A stretch of 64,000 bases of DNA, from positions 1 to 64,000 of the IMG/VR virus record IMGVR_UViG_2778261223_000007; one strand, given 5' to 3'. Each line of letters starts with the position of its first letter. Position 1 is the stretch's first letter. This DNA is from a virus (lineage: Duplodnaviria; Heunggongvirae; Uroviricota; Caudoviricetes). The notes beneath the pieces were generated by a model. It saw only the letters and a program-made list of their open reading frames with translations, searched no databases and was not told the origin of the DNA. Both the position numbers and the translations under genes were made by a program. Below are positions 1 through 10,296 of this stretch, one piece after another.

Positions 1-37
1 ATGCTTCCATCGGAAACGATGATCTGGCAGCCTGAGT

Positions 38-271
38 TCACAGATAAAACACTCTCCAGGAAACCCGGGGCGGTTCAATACAGTGAAGAATACCTGCCTT
101 ACATAACTGCTTGAGCGCTTTTGACTGGCTCAGGATGTCTTCTCCGTAATACTGAAAACAATCATCAACAACAGCGGGATAGCCTGCCGGGGGATTCAGG
201 CTGGTTGGTATAGCTGACGCGATCGCCAGCATTAAGCGATATTGTGTTTTTGATGGGTTAACGTGACTCAT
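38..271 (-). CDS. hypothetical protein (77 aa)
   Basis: ORF from six-frame track; no recognisable motif; at window edge. Confidence 0.25.
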   Translation of the reverse strand: MSHVNPSKTQYRLMLAIASAIPTSLNPPAGYPAVVDDCFQYYGEDILSQSKALKQLCKAGILHCIEPPRVSWRVFYL

Positions 272-287
272 TTTGTCCCTTGTTTAC

Positions 288-680
288 TCATTGTCGCCAT
301 GCATTTTTTAACTCAGGAATATCTGCCATTTCAATTAACTTGCGAAGTCCAGCACTGACTTTCCCATTACCAACCATAGCAAGCCAATCTCTTACTGCTT
401 TCGGCATGTAGAGCGTTGCTGTTACCGGCTCTTCAACCCTGGCAGGACATCCGCATACAGGCCATTTAATTGATTCCATAACTTCGGAGGCCGGAGTGAG
501 GGCGGGGGCATTGAGTATATCTCTACCAGAAAACTGGATAACGATCCGTTCAGCGAGCGAGAGTATCTCACTTTCGGCAAGAATTGATGCCAACTGCGCC
601 TCAACAAGAAAGCGACTTGTTGTGTTCAGAGAGTGGCTCTTAGCGCCATTTTTATACGAAACAAAGATTCGATACGCCAT
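288..680 (-). CDS. hypothetical protein (130 aa)
   Basis: ORF divergent from the head gene; no confident motif. Confidence 0.3.
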   Translation of the reverse strand: MAYRIFVSYKNGAKSHSLNTTSRFLVEAQLASILAESEILSLAERIVIQFSGRDILNAPALTPASEVMESIKWPVCGCPARVEEPVTATLYMPKAVRDWLAMVGNGKVSAGLRKLIEMADIPELKNAWRQ

Positions 681-838
681 AACTCTAATGATTTGTGTTA
701 GAAAACCAAAATTAAATCACATAACAACATGAGTGTTAATAGATTTTATTTTACTAAACCTATTGACTAAATCACAAAGTAGGTATTGTTAGCCCGTCAA
801 AAGAACCTTCACGCCGCGCCCGAATATAGGGCTTAACC

Positions 839-2536
839 GTGAATAAAAACATTCAGCCAGCTCGTGATCGCGAGCGCGAGATTATGAATCGGGCGGCAAG
901 CGTCATGGCTATGACCGTCGATCCGACCACCGATGCAGCAGGAAACATGATTGCTGACCAGGCAGTAATGATGGAAAACCTGGATAAAGCAATCCAGAAA
1001 GTGCCTATGTTTGAAGGCGTAAATCCAGAGGTCGCTCGTCAGATCACTGGTGGGTGGGCTATGTCTCTGCATGAGTATAAACGTCAACATGGTCATTACC
1101 CGGCAAGTGACATCCTGGCGAACGCACACATGGCTCTTGAACGCTTGATGACTGAATGTGCCAGTGATACCCATGAAGGCACGGGTAAGGCAATGTTTGA
1201 GTCTGTCGCGCAATCAATGCGTAGCTCTGACGGCGTAATGAAAGTTGCTCAATATGCTGCTCTAATTCTGCCTGCCTCTCTGGGCGCTGCTACCAGTGAT
1301 GCCTGTACTTTTGTTCCTTGTGATCGTGACGAGTCAAATATTTATGAACTGGTCAACGTAGCAGGCACAAAATTCGGCACCTTCAAACAAGGTGACGAAC
1401 TGAATATGCAGTCAGCTGGTGTTTATTCTCAAATGAAGCGCCTGTATACCCTTTCCACTAAAGGGGATGGCAGCACCAAAACCTTCCAGTTCGACATCCA
1501 AAATTTTGAGGGACAATCCTGCCCGCTTCGCGCTGGTTATAACAAACTGCTGATCAACCGCAAACCGTCCAAAGTTGACGACGGCGATGGCAACCTTTAT
1601 TTCAATGCTAAAGACAGCAAAGGTAATGCTTTCTCAGCGACTGCCAAAGTTGCCTATGACACTGGTGTCATTGACATTACATTTACCCAGGCTCCGCCAG
1701 AAGGTACTGAAATTGCTGTTCAGGTCGAAATTAACATCGAGCGCAATCCAAGCCTGATTCCGGTGATCAACCAGGCTATGCGTAAGTACGAAGTTCGTCC
1801 GTCCCAGTACGTAATTGCTTCCGAACACACGGTAATGTCCGCATCCGATTTAAGCCGTGAGCACGGCCTTGAATTAGCGGCACTTCAGTTCTCCGCGATG
1901 CGTAACTGGATCTCCCATGAAACCGACATCATGCGTCTGCGCACCCTGGTATTCCATACCGTTTATGGTCGTGAATTTGATGTGGCTCTGCCGGAAGCTC
2001 AAAACTATGAGTCCTGGGTCGGCCTCCTGCGTCACGTAGTAAACGCTCTGTCTCAAGAAATGGCAAATCGTACCCTGACAACGGGTATTCGTGGCGGCTT
2101 TGCTGGTGGTGACGCCGCGAACTTCCTGCGCTCTCTGCCTCCACAGCACTTCCAGATCGCACCAGGTTACGTTCAGTCGCCGTATGTACAGTACATCGGC
2201 ACCCTGTTTGGCACGATTCGTATTTACGAAGTGCCGCAACCTGTCTGTGAGCAATTCCAGGCACAGGGATATGACTTCGGGCTGGATGACATCTTCTTCT
2301 ATGGGCGTGGCGAAGGCATCGGTAAAGCCGGTCTGATTGCTGGTGATGCAGTCCCAGCAATCCCTTACGTGCACGAAACCAATCCGTCTCTCGTTAACCG
2401 TACCACTCTCTGGGGCAGTGCCATCAACGAAGTACATCCTCGCAACGGTGAAAACTACTTCACCCGCCTGCGTCTGACTCGTGCCAAAGAAGGTGCTATC
2501 GACATGCTGACAGGCAAGGTTAACGAAAAAAAGTGA
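839..2536 (+). CDS. large virion structural protein, likely major head protein precursor (P1 gp23-like by size and position)
   Basis: 565-aa ORF heading the structural block, followed by Ig-like and sheath genes; assignment from size and context only. Confidence 0.35.
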   Translation: MNKNIQPARDREREIMNRAASVMAMTVDPTTDAAGNMIADQAVMMENLDKAIQKVPMFEGVNPEVARQITGGWAMSLHEYKRQHGHYPASDILANAHMALERLMTECASDTHEGTGKAMFESVAQSMRSSDGVMKVAQYAALILPASLGAATSDACTFVPCDRDESNIYELVNVAGTKFGTFKQGDELNMQSAGVYSQMKRLYTLSTKGDGSTKTFQFDIQNFEGQSCPLRAGYNKLLINRKPSKVDDGDGNLYFNAKDSKGNAFSATAKVAYDTGVIDITFTQAPPEGTEIAVQVEINIERNPSLIPVINQAMRKYEVRPSQYVIASEHTVMSASDLSREHGLELAALQFSAMRNWISHETDIMRLRTLVFHTVYGREFDVALPEAQNYESWVGLLRHVVNALSQEMANRTLTTGIRGGFAGGDAANFLRSLPPQHFQIAPGYVQSPYVQYIGTLFGTIRIYEVPQPVCEQFQAQGYDFGLDDIFFYGRGEGIGKAGLIAGDAVPAIPYVHETNPSLVNRTTLWGSAINEVHPRNGENYFTRLRLTRAKEGAIDMLTGKVNEKK

Positions 2537-2683
2537 TGGTGGCGAACGTGTCGGTATCACCAACGTCACTTGACGTAGATGAAGGTGAAACTATCGCCGC
2601 GAACACTTCAAAGGCACAGAAAAAAACAAAGCAGAAGTAAGGCAAAAACACGCCCCTGAATAAGGGGCGTTCAGGAGAAAAGA

Positions 2684-2962
2684 ATGGCAAACATTCAAGT
2701 AACTATCACGCCATCTGACGCAACAGACAAATCTTTCACTGTTGAGTCAGATCACCCTGAAATTGTCCAGGTTGATGGCACTACATGTACCGCTCTTAAG
2801 GCCGGGCAGGCAGTGCTGACAATCAAAACAAATGACGGCAATAAAACCGCACAGTGCACAGTCACTGTTAGGGAGGCACCTAAAAGCGTAAGCGCCGTCA
2901 GTGTTGAACCAACTACGAAAGAAGTAACCGTAGGCGACAACTTCACGGTAAGCGAATCCTGA
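2684..2962 (+). CDS. Ig-like (Big_2-type) domain protein, possible head decoration/accessory protein
   Basis: 92-aa all-beta Ig-like sequence (..TVTVREAPKSVSAVSVEPTTKEVTVGDNFTV); a similar motif recurs inside the next ORF. Confidence 0.4.
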   Translation: MANIQVTITPSDATDKSFTVESDHPEIVQVDGTTCTALKAGQAVLTIKTNDGNKTAQCTVTVREAPKSVSAVSVEPTTKEVTVGDNFTVSES

Positions 2963-3029
2963 TCAGAGGCTGCCCATTAACCGTGGGTAGCCTTGCCTCG
3001 TTCTCTCGCTTTAGAGGATAAGAACCAGC

Positions 3030-4688
3030 ATGAATAAGATTAGTTTTTCGGTAGGGCAGGCAGCTGGCGTTGCTGTAATGTCAGTAAATGCTGACGCTAC
3101 CCTCACCAATACCAGCGGTGGCGCATCCGTCTTTGCTGGGCTTGTAATATCGCGTCGTGGCGCACCGGGTAAGGTACTGAAAGTTGACGATACGACTTAT
3201 CAAAGCGTATTAGGTTCACCGATTCACCCTCGCCAGGGCGCGGCATTTGAACCATATCGCCACGTGGAGCGTGCAGTAAAAGGCGGATCTGGATATGTCG
3301 TTCGAGTTTGCGCTAAAGACATGAAGGTGCCGGGTATTTCTGTTTCCGTTGTGGGCAAAGCAAAAGCGGCAAAGGCGAGCAAAGAACTTTCCGTTGAACC
3401 TACTGAAACCACAGTAAATCCAGGTGACACATTAAGCGTTGGTGTTGCTTCAACTGCAACGACTCAATCAGTGTCCTTCACACCCAAAGAGACGCCCCAG
3501 ATTAAAGGTGAAGAGAAGGCATTATTCTTCATCAAAGATGGTGATGCATCTCAAAATCGCACGTTATCACTAACTCGCGATGATGAAGAAAGCGAACTCT
3601 TTACGCTGACGCTGAAAGAAAAACAAACCGATGGGTCCATTGAGGTGCTGGAAAGCCACCAAGTGTCTTTCAATCCAGAAGGCACTAACGACATGGGCCA
3701 ACCAGCATGGATTCCGACACTGCTTGAAAGCCAGTCCACTCGCATTGGTGCCGTACTGGCAGATAATGCAGAAGCATCCGCTGCTCAACTCATTTTTGAG
3801 GATGTAGCTTTTGAAGGTGGTACTGATGGAGATCTGTCCGAAATTGACACTGAAGACTATCTGGAAGCATTAAAGGTTCTCGAAGCTTCAGAGGTTAATT
3901 ACACCGCATTGCTGTCACTGGGTTGTTATGACGCATCCGCCTTAGCCGCAATCAAAAAGCTGGCTGAAGATGTTCGCGTAGACATGTTCTATGACCTGAA
4001 GGGCAACCAGACACCTGAAAACGCTATTTCAGAAGCGAAAAGCCATAGTTTTGGCGGCTCACATCAACCAAGCCGTTACTACTTCCCGCTCTCCTGCCGA
4101 GATACTTTCACTGGAATGAATGTCGTCTATGGCATTAGCTGCGACGCATTCGTAGCGAAAGCAAAAGGAGTGGCGCTGGTACCGGATGTTGGTGGTTGGC
4201 ATTACGCACCGGCAGGTATATCACGCGCGATTATTGATCGACAGAACATTGCCCGAATTCCAAATATCGGTGCAGTTGATCGTGAAGCGTTCGTTCTTGC
4301 GCGCATTAATCCAGTTTCAGTTGCTGCTGACGGGTCCGTTTACATTGACGACTCTTTAACAACTTACAGCAAAAACAACTATCTGCGATTCCAGCATGTG
4401 TCTTCCTTGATGAACGCCATCGCCAGAGATTTCTATGAAGTAGCTCAGGCGATTAAGCACGAACCGGATGGCATTACCAAAGAAACGCTAATGAAAGCAA
4501 TGACTGAATTGCTTGACCGTTACGTTGCAGCCGGTGCGCTGGTTACTCCACGTGACAAGTCCCAGGGTGAAGATCCATATGTTGTTCAGGTTGTCCAAAA
4601 GGACATCGATCTGTGGGAAGTGTCCTGGTCTGTTTGTCCGACCGGTACAGCTCGCCGAATCGTCGGTAAGCCAATTCTGATGCGCTGA
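3030..4688 (+). CDS. contractile tail sheath protein
   Basis: 552 aa; C-terminal GWHYAPAGISRAI resembles the conserved sheath W-x-S-PAG motif (T4 gp18 / P2 FI); position upstream of tube-sized ORFs. Confidence 0.5.
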   Translation: MNKISFSVGQAAGVAVMSVNADATLTNTSGGASVFAGLVISRRGAPGKVLKVDDTTYQSVLGSPIHPRQGAAFEPYRHVERAVKGGSGYVVRVCAKDMKVPGISVSVVGKAKAAKASKELSVEPTETTVNPGDTLSVGVASTATTQSVSFTPKETPQIKGEEKALFFIKDGDASQNRTLSLTRDDEESELFTLTLKEKQTDGSIEVLESHQVSFNPEGTNDMGQPAWIPTLLESQSTRIGAVLADNAEASAAQLIFEDVAFEGGTDGDLSEIDTEDYLEALKVLEASEVNYTALLSLGCYDASALAAIKKLAEDVRVDMFYDLKGNQTPENAISEAKSHSFGGSHQPSRYYFPLSCRDTFTGMNVVYGISCDAFVAKAKGVALVPDVGGWHYAPAGISRAIIDRQNIARIPNIGAVDREAFVLARINPVSVAADGSVYIDDSLTTYSKNNYLRFQHVSSLMNAIARDFYEVAQAIKHEPDGITKETLMKAMTELLDRYVAAGALVTPRDKSQGEDPYVVQVVQKDIDLWEVSWSVCPTGTARRIVGKPILMR

Positions 4689-4725
4689 TTTATAACCCCC
4701 GCTAAATGATGCGGGGGAGAGAGGT

Positions 4726-5466
4726 TTGAATATGAAAAATTATACTGCTGATCCTTTTATGCGTGCGATTTTCGGTTCTGGCTGCTTTGAAAGCGGTGAT
4801 AAATCCACGCAGGACAATAATGATAACGCCATGCTGGAAAGCGCAGGACAGAAAGGAAAGGACACTCAACCAAAGCCCAAAGACGACATTGAAACCGCGA
4901 TGATGGAAGCGGTTGAATCCCGTGCACAAGGTGATATGCGCAGCCTGGCAGCTTCCATGCTTGCTGGTTGGGTTGAAGATGGTGATCCGGAGGCTGACTC
5001 ATTTGATGCATTAGCAATCACTATGGCTGGCCTGGCTGATATCGATGAAGACACCGATTTCACCGATGAGCAAATCGATGCTTATAACGATGCTCTCGCA
5101 GCTCTTGCTGATGCAGCTGTTGCGCTTGGCGCTGATCAGGACGATGTAACCGAAATGATCGACGATGAAGATGACTCAGCTGCCGAACGTGTTTATGACG
5201 CTCTTTCCGAAAGCGACACCGACATGATGGAAACAGCTATTGCCATTTACACCGTTGCTGGTGGTGATAGCGCAATGCTGGAAGCGGTACGTAAAAAAGT
5301 GGTTCGTGATGGCAAGGTTACCATCATCCGTAAACGCCCGCGTCCTCGCCGCATGACGTCATTGCAAAAACAGGCGCTGAAAAAAGCACGCCGCAAAGCA
5401 CATACATCCGTAGCGAATATCAACCGCAAAAAATCAATGCGCATTCGCAAAAAACGCGGTTTGTAA
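4726..5466 (+). CDS. hypothetical virion-associated protein (acidic N-terminus, basic C-terminus)
   Basis: 246 aa, D/E-rich core and K/R-rich tail; composition typical of scaffold or internal/DNA-associated proteins. Confidence 0.3.
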   Translation: MNMKNYTADPFMRAIFGSGCFESGDKSTQDNNDNAMLESAGQKGKDTQPKPKDDIETAMMEAVESRAQGDMRSLAASMLAGWVEDGDPEADSFDALAITMAGLADIDEDTDFTDEQIDAYNDALAALADAAVALGADQDDVTEMIDDEDDSAAERVYDALSESDTDMMETAIAIYTVAGGDSAMLEAVRKKVVRDGKVTIIRKRPRPRRMTSLQKQALKKARRKAHTSVANINRKKSMRIRKKRGL

Positions 5467-5515
5467 GTGACACAGGCCGCCTGCAAAGGTGGCCTCTACC
5501 TGGGAGAAATAGCGT

Positions 5516-6106
5516 TTGATTTGCGGCGCGATAATGCCTGACGGAATAAGTCCGTTAATGAAGGTTTATATCCTCTCTTCAGAGGATATGGTCGTCGGTT
5601 ATATCGGTGAAGGATCTACCGCAGAACTGTCATCAATGTGGCAATCACCATTTGAAAACCAGTCAGTAGGAGGTTTGCTTGGCGGTATTAGCGCTGCGGC
5701 TGGCTCTCTTGCAGATACGCTTCAGACCGCAACCGGCGTAACAACAAAAACCCTCTTCAACTCAATGCTTGTTTGGGAAGGTCAGCAACCGCCTGAATTT
5801 AATCTGGTAATTGATTTCATGGCGACAGTGAATGCGCAACTTGAAGTGAACGCAGCCATTACAGCATTGCTGAAGATGGAATCGCCGGAACTGAACAATG
5901 TAGCGCCATTCGGTCGTCGCCCGGAGACAGTAACGTTAAACATAGGTAGGAACATAGCCCTTACCGACGTTGTTATCAAAAGCGTGAGTTACCAACTGGA
6001 CGCCCCGCGCACACCGGAAGGCTATTTCACTCATAACACGGTAACCCTGCAATGCAGCGGTAACACATCGATCAACCGTAGCAATATCTCATCTGTTTTT
6101 GTGTAG
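5516..6106 (+). CDS. putative tail tube / structural protein
   Basis: 196-aa ORF directly after the sheath region in a myovirus-like order; no specific motif. Confidence 0.3.
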   Translation: MICGAIMPDGISPLMKVYILSSEDMVVGYIGEGSTAELSSMWQSPFENQSVGGLLGGISAAAGSLADTLQTATGVTTKTLFNSMLVWEGQQPPEFNLVIDFMATVNAQLEVNAAITALLKMESPELNNVAPFGRRPETVTLNIGRNIALTDVVIKSVSYQLDAPRTPEGYFTHNTVTLQCSGNTSINRSNISSVFV

Positions 6107-6114
6107 GAGTATTT

Positions 6115-6606
6115 ATGTCCGGTTTTGCAAATACAAAAGCCGATATGGCCTTTCTAAAATCCCGGTTTAATAAAAACCTGGCTGCAGGCGAAAAACTTAT
6201 TGGTTCTGAATATTGGATGACCATTAAGGGTTACGAACATCTGTCTGTACTAGTTCGTACAGCTCAGTTACCAGAAATGACACGTGAAGATGTGGAGGAT
6301 TACGCCCCTGGTGGCATGAAATTCAACCAGCACGGACCATTACGCAACTCTGGTGAATTTCAGGTCACATGCGCGGAAACTATCGAAGGCGCAGTTCTCG
6401 CCGCTGTAAAACAGATGGTATACGGAAAAGAATATCTGGAAATTACCTTACAGGCGGCGGCTGAATCGAATAGCGGTAACCATAAAGGTCTGATCCGCAC
6501 ATATTCTCATTGCAAAGTGTATTCCGACGCCGTGGACTTCTCATCCGAAGACGTAACGGCGGTCGTTAAACCTTCCCTGCGCATTGTTTACAACTGGGCG
6601 GAATAA
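6115..6606 (+). CDS. putative tail structural protein
   Basis: 163-aa ORF, tightly packed in the tail operon. Confidence 0.3.
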   Translation: MSGFANTKADMAFLKSRFNKNLAAGEKLIGSEYWMTIKGYEHLSVLVRTAQLPEMTREDVEDYAPGGMKFNQHGPLRNSGEFQVTCAETIEGAVLAAVKQMVYGKEYLEITLQAAAESNSGNHKGLIRTYSHCKVYSDAVDFSSEDVTAVVKPSLRIVYNWAE

Positions 6607-6660
6607 TCCCTATCCCGCCCTTGTGGCGGGAACATCCTTGTTATTGAGTTGTAGGCAACA

Positions 6661-7212
6661 ATGACACCAATTGAATTATTAGAAAGCGTTAAAGAGCGAT
6701 TTAATCCGCTGCTTGTGCGTGAAGAAGAAACGTTGAAAGCATTCCTGATCAAAGCTCTGACCACGTATCAGGACAGGGCAGGGGTAGTGAAAACGTTAAA
6801 ACTTGAAAGAGCTGGTGGTACTGCAATCCCGTTGCCAGAAGATTATCTCTCTCTGGTTCATGTTACCGACAACAACGGCCTGTTGGTCTATTCGGATGAA
6901 TTATCCGGCTTTATTGAATTAGAGCTAACAGGTTCAGAACGCTGGCCTTTTCGAATGCTGTATCTGGTTAATCTACGCGACAGAAAGCTGGATGAATGGC
7001 AAGTGCCTCCTGCAATCATTGGAATGCTGGAGGAATATCTGGAGGCGCTTATCAACGTAAGAAATGTCGCCCGGCAGCGTAGAGCATCCATCGACGGGAA
7101 ATTTGACTACTCCGATCTGCCCGATGAAGCCACGCTATATGCCCGCGTGCAGGAGATTGAGGAAAAAATGTCCTCAAACCGGGCCATTATTCCGGGGGCT
7201 ACCATTTTTTAA
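6661..7212 (+). CDS. hypothetical tail-module protein
   Basis: 183-aa ORF in structural operon. Confidence 0.3.
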   Translation: MTPIELLESVKERFNPLLVREEETLKAFLIKALTTYQDRAGVVKTLKLERAGGTAIPLPEDYLSLVHVTDNNGLLVYSDELSGFIELELTGSERWPFRMLYLVNLRDRKLDEWQVPPAIIGMLEEYLEALINVRNVARQRRASIDGKFDYSDLPDEATLYARVQEIEEKMSSNRAIIPGATIF

Positions 7213-7227
7213 CGCTGGAGGCGCAGA

Positions 7228-7935
7228 GTGAGTATTTTCAGCAGCGTTGGTAGAACGTTGACCACCGCATTGTCATTTAACACGAAATCATTCACCAGCA
7301 ACCTCATTAGCGACATTCTTGATAAAGCCATATCAGGCGGCGGGGTAAGCGGGAATTACAGTAGCGATATTGCCTACGGGAAAAATATTGTTGCTGCCGC
7401 TATGCGTATCCGTTACGCCCAGGGGTGGCAGTGGACCGTTGAAGTGGATGGTCTGAACGGCTTCGATATGTTCGTGAAGGATATCACCTACAGCAGTGGG
7501 AACATCGAGACAGAAAGCAAGGTGATCGGCAGCGTAGAATTCAGCAAGCCAACCTATGTTAGCGCCGGACCGGTCACTATGACCGTGAGGGATACCGAAG
7601 ATGGCAAGATCATGGACTGGTTCAAAGAGCGTCGTTCTCGTGTAACAAATCCTGATGGAACAATAAACCTTCCTCCGGAATATCTGATGAAAATCCGTGT
7701 CTACCGGGTAACTCAGGACGGCGGAAAAGAACTGGAAGAAGAAATGCGCGTATTTCCTACACAACTTGGGGAAATCACTCGCTCACGTGATCAGGTGTCA
7801 GAGTTCTTGTCATACCCAATCACTTTCCAGAAATACACATCCGCAGGCTCAGGTGTTTCTGCTTTGGTCAACGGTGCCGCAGGCATGGCTACAAGTGCGT
7901 TAAAGGGAGCTGTGAGTGGAGTGATTAAATTCTGA
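7228..7935 (+). CDS. hypothetical tail-module protein
   Basis: 235-aa ORF in structural operon, Gly/Ser-rich ends. Confidence 0.3.
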   Translation: MSIFSSVGRTLTTALSFNTKSFTSNLISDILDKAISGGGVSGNYSSDIAYGKNIVAAAMRIRYAQGWQWTVEVDGLNGFDMFVKDITYSSGNIETESKVIGSVEFSKPTYVSAGPVTMTVRDTEDGKIMDWFKERRSRVTNPDGTINLPPEYLMKIRVYRVTQDGGKELEEEMRVFPTQLGEITRSRDQVSEFLSYPITFQKYTSAGSGVSALVNGAAGMATSALKGAVSGVIKF

Positions 7936-8015
7936 AGCGCTTTAATTATGTGTGCTGGAGGGTTGCTCATTTCCCGTCAGCACCCACGCCCTCAACGATA
8001 GCGGGTAGGGAAGGT

Positions 8016-8320
8016 AGCGCAATTTTGAGGGCATTTTTTACATCATCAATTCATCTGTAATGAAGGCATTCTTTACACATTTCAATAATATCAATCAGTT
8101 AACACAGTGAATGATAATAAAAAAGCGCAATAAGAATGCACGATACGCACGATATTGGTTGAGGGTGATTTTTACATAACCCTTATATATCAATGCGTTA
8201 TATAAAAACACAACTTGCTAATAACAAGATACATGCAATTAAGATGTAAAAATTGCCCTCAATTGCCGATCGTTAAGGGCAAATTCTACACCTTGAGAAG
8301 GGTGTAAAAATTGCCCTTAA
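8016..8320. repeat. iteron cluster downstream of rep (incA-like copy-control iterons)
   Basis: ~19-bp iterons TGAGGG(C/T)(A/G)nTTTTACA(T/C)C at 8016-8034, 8160-8178, 8243-8261 (inverted), 8274-8292, 8301-8320 (inverted). Confidence 0.6.
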
Positions 8321-9072
8321 GATTGCTGATAGGTAAATTTTATCCTGGTAACTTTGCCGCCTTCCGTCACCTCTGAGAAGACTATTTTCATTTTTGTATT
8401 TTTTTCAATCTCTGCTACAGCCTTCGTTAAAAAACTTCTCTTAAATTCGGCATACCGCTGATAGCTTTTTGGTAACCCATAACGCTCCCGCATCCATTCG
8501 ACGCCAAGTATGGCAAAGCCGCTTCCATCATCCTTCCTGTACTGGCATAAGGACTCATAAAGCCGCATAGAATAAGGATTTGTAAGGCGAGATACTTCGG
8601 TAAAATTCAGCCTTGTGAATCTCTTATCAAGCAGAGTAAAAAACGGCATGAGATATGGATTAAGATGAATAATGTAAGTCCCGCGCCGTGGTGAATAGGC
8701 ATCCTTAATCATCCAAGGATAAGACTCATAACTGTCTTCTGATTCGGTCGATTCATCAGGGTTATATATCGTAACTTTCTTCTCGCTAAGACCTGAAATG
8801 GCCTTACGAATATCCTTGCTGGCTTCAGCAGAGGGCAAATTATACATCTCTGCATATTCGTTGACCGTCAACTCACAGGCACCTGAACCAAGAACGCCAT
8901 CCTTAGAAGCATAGCGAAGTCTTCCCACCACAATAAACAACAGTCGCTTTTGGTCGCGAGTCAGGTGATAAGCAGCCTCCGTGATCTCATTGGCTTGTGC
9001 CAAACTACGACTAATAGGTGTCGCTGACTCAATCAGGCTGACGGCTTTTGCTGTTAATTCCGCTCTGTTCAT
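8317..9072 (-). CDS. iteron-type plasmid replication initiator (RepA/Rep_3-like)
   Basis: Flanked on both sides by iterons; sequence has the feel of Rep_3 initiators (..NPYSMRLYESL..). Track ORF starts at TTG 9105 inside the first iteron; ATG at 9072 (MNRAELTAKA) is the more likely start. Confidence 0.6.
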   Translation of the reverse strand: MNRAELTAKAVSLIESATPISRSLAQANEITEAAYHLTRDQKRLLFIVVGRLRYASKDGVLGSGACELTVNEYAEMYNLPSAEASKDIRKAISGLSEKKVTIYNPDESTESEDSYESYPWMIKDAYSPRRGTYIIHLNPYLMPFFTLLDKRFTRLNFTEVSRLTNPYSMRLYESLCQYRKDDGSGFAILGVEWMRERYGLPKSYQRYAEFKRSFLTKAVAEIEKNTKMKIVFSEVTEGGKVTRIKFTYQQS

Positions 9073-9096
9073 AACCCTGTGTGATCCTTCAAATGG

Positions 9097-9355
9097 TGAG
9101 GGCAATTTTTACATCACTTTGAGGGCAATTACTACACCTTTTGAGGGCAAATCTTACACCTTTTGAGGGCAAATCTTACACCGATCGTATTTAATTGAGG
9201 GCAAATCTTACACCAGCCTCCTCTACAGCCCGCGCCACTACTGGCTCCAGCGACGCCTAAAAAGGATCTAAAAAGGATTAAAAATGGAAAAAGGTTTATA
9301 AAAATACTCTGTGGATATGTGAGTAGCGTCACTTAAGGTGTAAAAATCACCCTCA
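9097..9355. other. plasmid-type origin: 5 direct iterons at ~22-bp spacing, A-rich stretch, DnaA-box-like site, one inverted iteron
   Basis: Iterons TGAGGGCAA(A/T)T(C/T)TTACA(C/T)C at 9097, 9119, 9142, 9164, 9196; A-rich region 9250-9300; ATATCCACAG (DnaA-box-like, reverse strand) ~9308-9317; inverted iteron 9337-9355. Confidence 0.55.
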
Positions 9356-9460
9356 ATAATCGCTTCTCGACCGGCAAAGATCTTCATTCAATCCCCATCG
9401 CAAATCACACACTCCCTATCCTCTGGAAAATGAACAGATACCTGCTTTTCGGAGGAATAA

Positions 9461-10282
9461 TTGAACATTCCAAAATTCCCATTGCCTTCCCGTCCTGAGA
9501 CAGAAATTCAGTTCCACGCCCCTACCGTGAAGGATGCGCTGAAATATTCTGACCTGAACCCGGCAGAAGATGAGGCAACTACTACAGAGTACCTTAACTC
9601 TATGCAGGATGGTGAAATTAACGACAGTGCTAACTGGACAGTTCAGGATCGCAGAACTGCTCTTTGGTGGATATTTGTTAATTCGCGCCCCGATGCAGTA
9701 ATGACCTACTCCTATGAGTGCAGTCACTGCGGTAATACGCATCATGCAGATATTAACCTGAGCGACCTGGCCCAAACAGTAGAAATACTCACTGTACCTC
9801 CTTACGTGAAAACCAACGTACCAGTAAATGGAATACCAACTGACTGGATACTTAAACCATTAACCGGGAAAGGCGCGGAACTCCTTGAACGAATGCGAGC
9901 GTCACTTCCTGATATGAAAAGCCCCGAATACAGTGCTGGCGTGGCACGGATGCGAATTGCTGAACTCGCTTTATGCACGGCGCTTGAAGACGATCCGGAG
10001 GACTTCACGCAGGCCGCTAACCGACGCTTTGACATCATTGAAAGCATGGCGCTTGAAACCGAATTTACTCCGCTTGTGGCTCGCATACAGCTTATGCAAA
10101 AAGACCTACGCCACGGCCTGAAAATGTCTATTGAGAGAGGCACAAGCCGACTGATCCTGCCTCCGCAACATTGCAAAAACGCTAAGGAGGGTGCAGATGT
10201 GACAACCACACTGTACGTCCCCTTTCTCAATAGAGAGTTTATCCCATCAATTAGATCTGAATGGATGGCTAACCATTATTAA
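9461..10282 (+). CDS. hypothetical tail-associated protein
   Basis: 273-aa ORF immediately upstream of the tape-measure-like gene. Confidence 0.3.
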   Translation: MNIPKFPLPSRPETEIQFHAPTVKDALKYSDLNPAEDEATTTEYLNSMQDGEINDSANWTVQDRRTALWWIFVNSRPDAVMTYSYECSHCGNTHHADINLSDLAQTVEILTVPPYVKTNVPVNGIPTDWILKPLTGKGAELLERMRASLPDMKSPEYSAGVARMRIAELALCTALEDDPEDFTQAANRRFDIIESMALETEFTPLVARIQLMQKDLRHGLKMSIERGTSRLILPPQHCKNAKEGADVTTTLYVPFLNREFIPSIRSEWMANHY

Positions 10283-10296
10283 CAACCTGACTCTAT

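Noticed and set aside
1874-2569. 231-aa minus-strand ORF inside the head-protein gene, and similar antisense ORFs (for example 17990-18400, 39654-40512, 40696-41292, 51750-52064)
   Set aside because: Fully embedded antisense to long, well-supported genes, with no independent start or motif support; treated as spurious.
839-7935. Exact P1 gene-number names (23, 22, 21 and so on) for the structural ORFs
   Set aside because: Gene order differs from the P1 map I recall and I cannot verify the sequences from memory, so only generic structural calls are given.
9097-9214. Regularly spaced ~19-22 bp direct repeats that could superficially resemble a CRISPR array
   Set aside because: Repeats are contiguous without unique spacers of CRISPR size, flank a Rep gene, and have the 22-bp phasing typical of iterons.
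9132-9332. 66-aa minus-strand ORF across the origin iterons
   Set aside because: Lies entirely within iterons and A-rich origin DNA; no ribosome-binding site context.
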